36,043 nt of DNA from a virus. Its lineage: Duplodnaviria; Caudoviricetes. The notes below the pieces were generated by a model. It saw only the letters and a program-made list of their open reading frames with translations. It did not search any database and had not been told where the DNA came from. The position numbers and the translations under genes were made by a program. The stretch is from positions 1 to 36,043 of the IMG/VR virus record IMGVR_UViG_3300042997_002641. One strand, 5' to 3'. This document shows positions 35,351-36,043 of this stretch, piece after piece (position 1 is the first letter of the stretch; the number at the start of each line of letters is the position of its first letter).

Positions 35351-36043
35351 TCATGCGGCGCGTGTCACAGCCCGCCCAGAGTGAAGCGGGATCGGCATAG
35401 CGACACGCGTGTTGATCGCTTCGGTCTTACGTCGCTCGCTGACGTGCGTGTAGATCTGTGTTGTCGAGAGCGATTCGTGCATCATCAGTTCCTGCACGAC
35501 GCGAATGTCGACGTTCTCCTCGACGAGCTCGCTCCCGAATGCGTGCCGCAGCGAGTGGGGGGTGAGTCGCGGGTCGGTGATGCCAGCGCGTCGCTTCGCG
35601 TCCGTAATCCGTTCGGTGACCGAGGAGCCGTGAATGTGGCCGGCGCGGCCGCCGCGGGCGGGGAACCAGTAGTCGTCCTTCGGCATGAGCTTCGAGATCT
35701 CCGCGATGACCGGGTGCAATGGCAGCCGCCCCTCCTTGCCGCCCTTGCCGACGGTGTGAATGGTCATGGTGAGGAGGTCGATGTCAGAGCCGTGCACGCG
35801 GGCGATCTGGGATACCCGGAAGCCCTGGTAGTAGCCGAGGAGGATCATCACGCGGGTGCGCCAGTAGGCGCCGCTGGTGAGCATCGCTTCGACCTGCGCG
35901 CGGGTGAAGGGTCGCGGTGTGCCCTTCGGCACGCGCACGGCCGGCAGGCGGGTCGTGGGGTTGTCCTCGCGGAAACCCTCGTCCTGCAGGAAGGTGAAAA
36001 AGGTGGTGAGTGCATCGCGGATGGTGCGTCTCGTTGCCGGCGA
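35351..36043 (-). CDS. int: Tyrosine integrase (5' end outside window)
   Basis: GFRVSQI (R), GKGGK (K), HSLRH, MHESLSTTQIY; frame open to the window edge; C-terminus ...VTRAA. Confidence 0.93.
   Translation of the reverse strand, partial: SPATRRTIRDALTTFFTFLQDEGFREDNPTTRLPAVRVPKGTPRPFTRAQVEAMLTSGAYWRTRVMILLGYYQGFRVSQIARVHGSDIDLLTMTIHTVGKGGKEGRLPLHPVIAEISKLMPKDDYWFPARGGRAGHIHGSSVTERITDAKRRAGITDPRLTPHSLRHAFGSELVEENVDIRVVQELMMHESLSTTQIYTHVSERRKTEAINTRVAMPIPLHSGRAVTRAA

Larger units (their letters stand above)
1..36043. mobile_element. Defective (head/packaging-module-deleted) siphovirus-like prophage integrated at tRNA-Val; right end beyond window
   Basis: tRNA 3' half at the left end, repressor/cro switch, replication genes, tail/lysis genes in canonical order, tyrosine integrase at the right end; dense ATGA/GTGA gene overlaps. 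Confidence 0.95.

Overview
High-GC actinobacterial (Microbacteriaceae-like, by inference) siphovirus-type prophage filling the whole window. It starts at a probable attL in the 3' half of tRNA-Val(TAC) and ends inside a tyrosine integrase. Left to right: an immunity region in which the att core lies inside the repressor 3' end (integration-dependent immunity layout) with mirror-symmetric divergent promoters; an early/replication region (DNA methyltransferase, KilAC antirepressor, HTH initiator with iteron origin, ParB-like protein, tandem Lsr2-domain protein, nuclease plus SNF2 helicase, HD hydrolase); an HNH gene and probable cos region; a complete-looking neck, non-contractile tail, lysis and tailspike module; reverse-strand morons (membrane protein, lipoprotein, Fic/Doc TA pair). 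Two features stand out. (1) No terminase, portal or protease/scaffold gene is present, and only a start-less C-terminal capsid-like fragment is fused to the cos-like region, so the element is 'headless' with its tail intact. (2) One early gene (15347-15906) is locally scrambled: three ~45-50 bp pieces are reordered and two are inverted, and undoing this restores one clean ORF. All product calls come from motif recognition by eye; no database searches were run.
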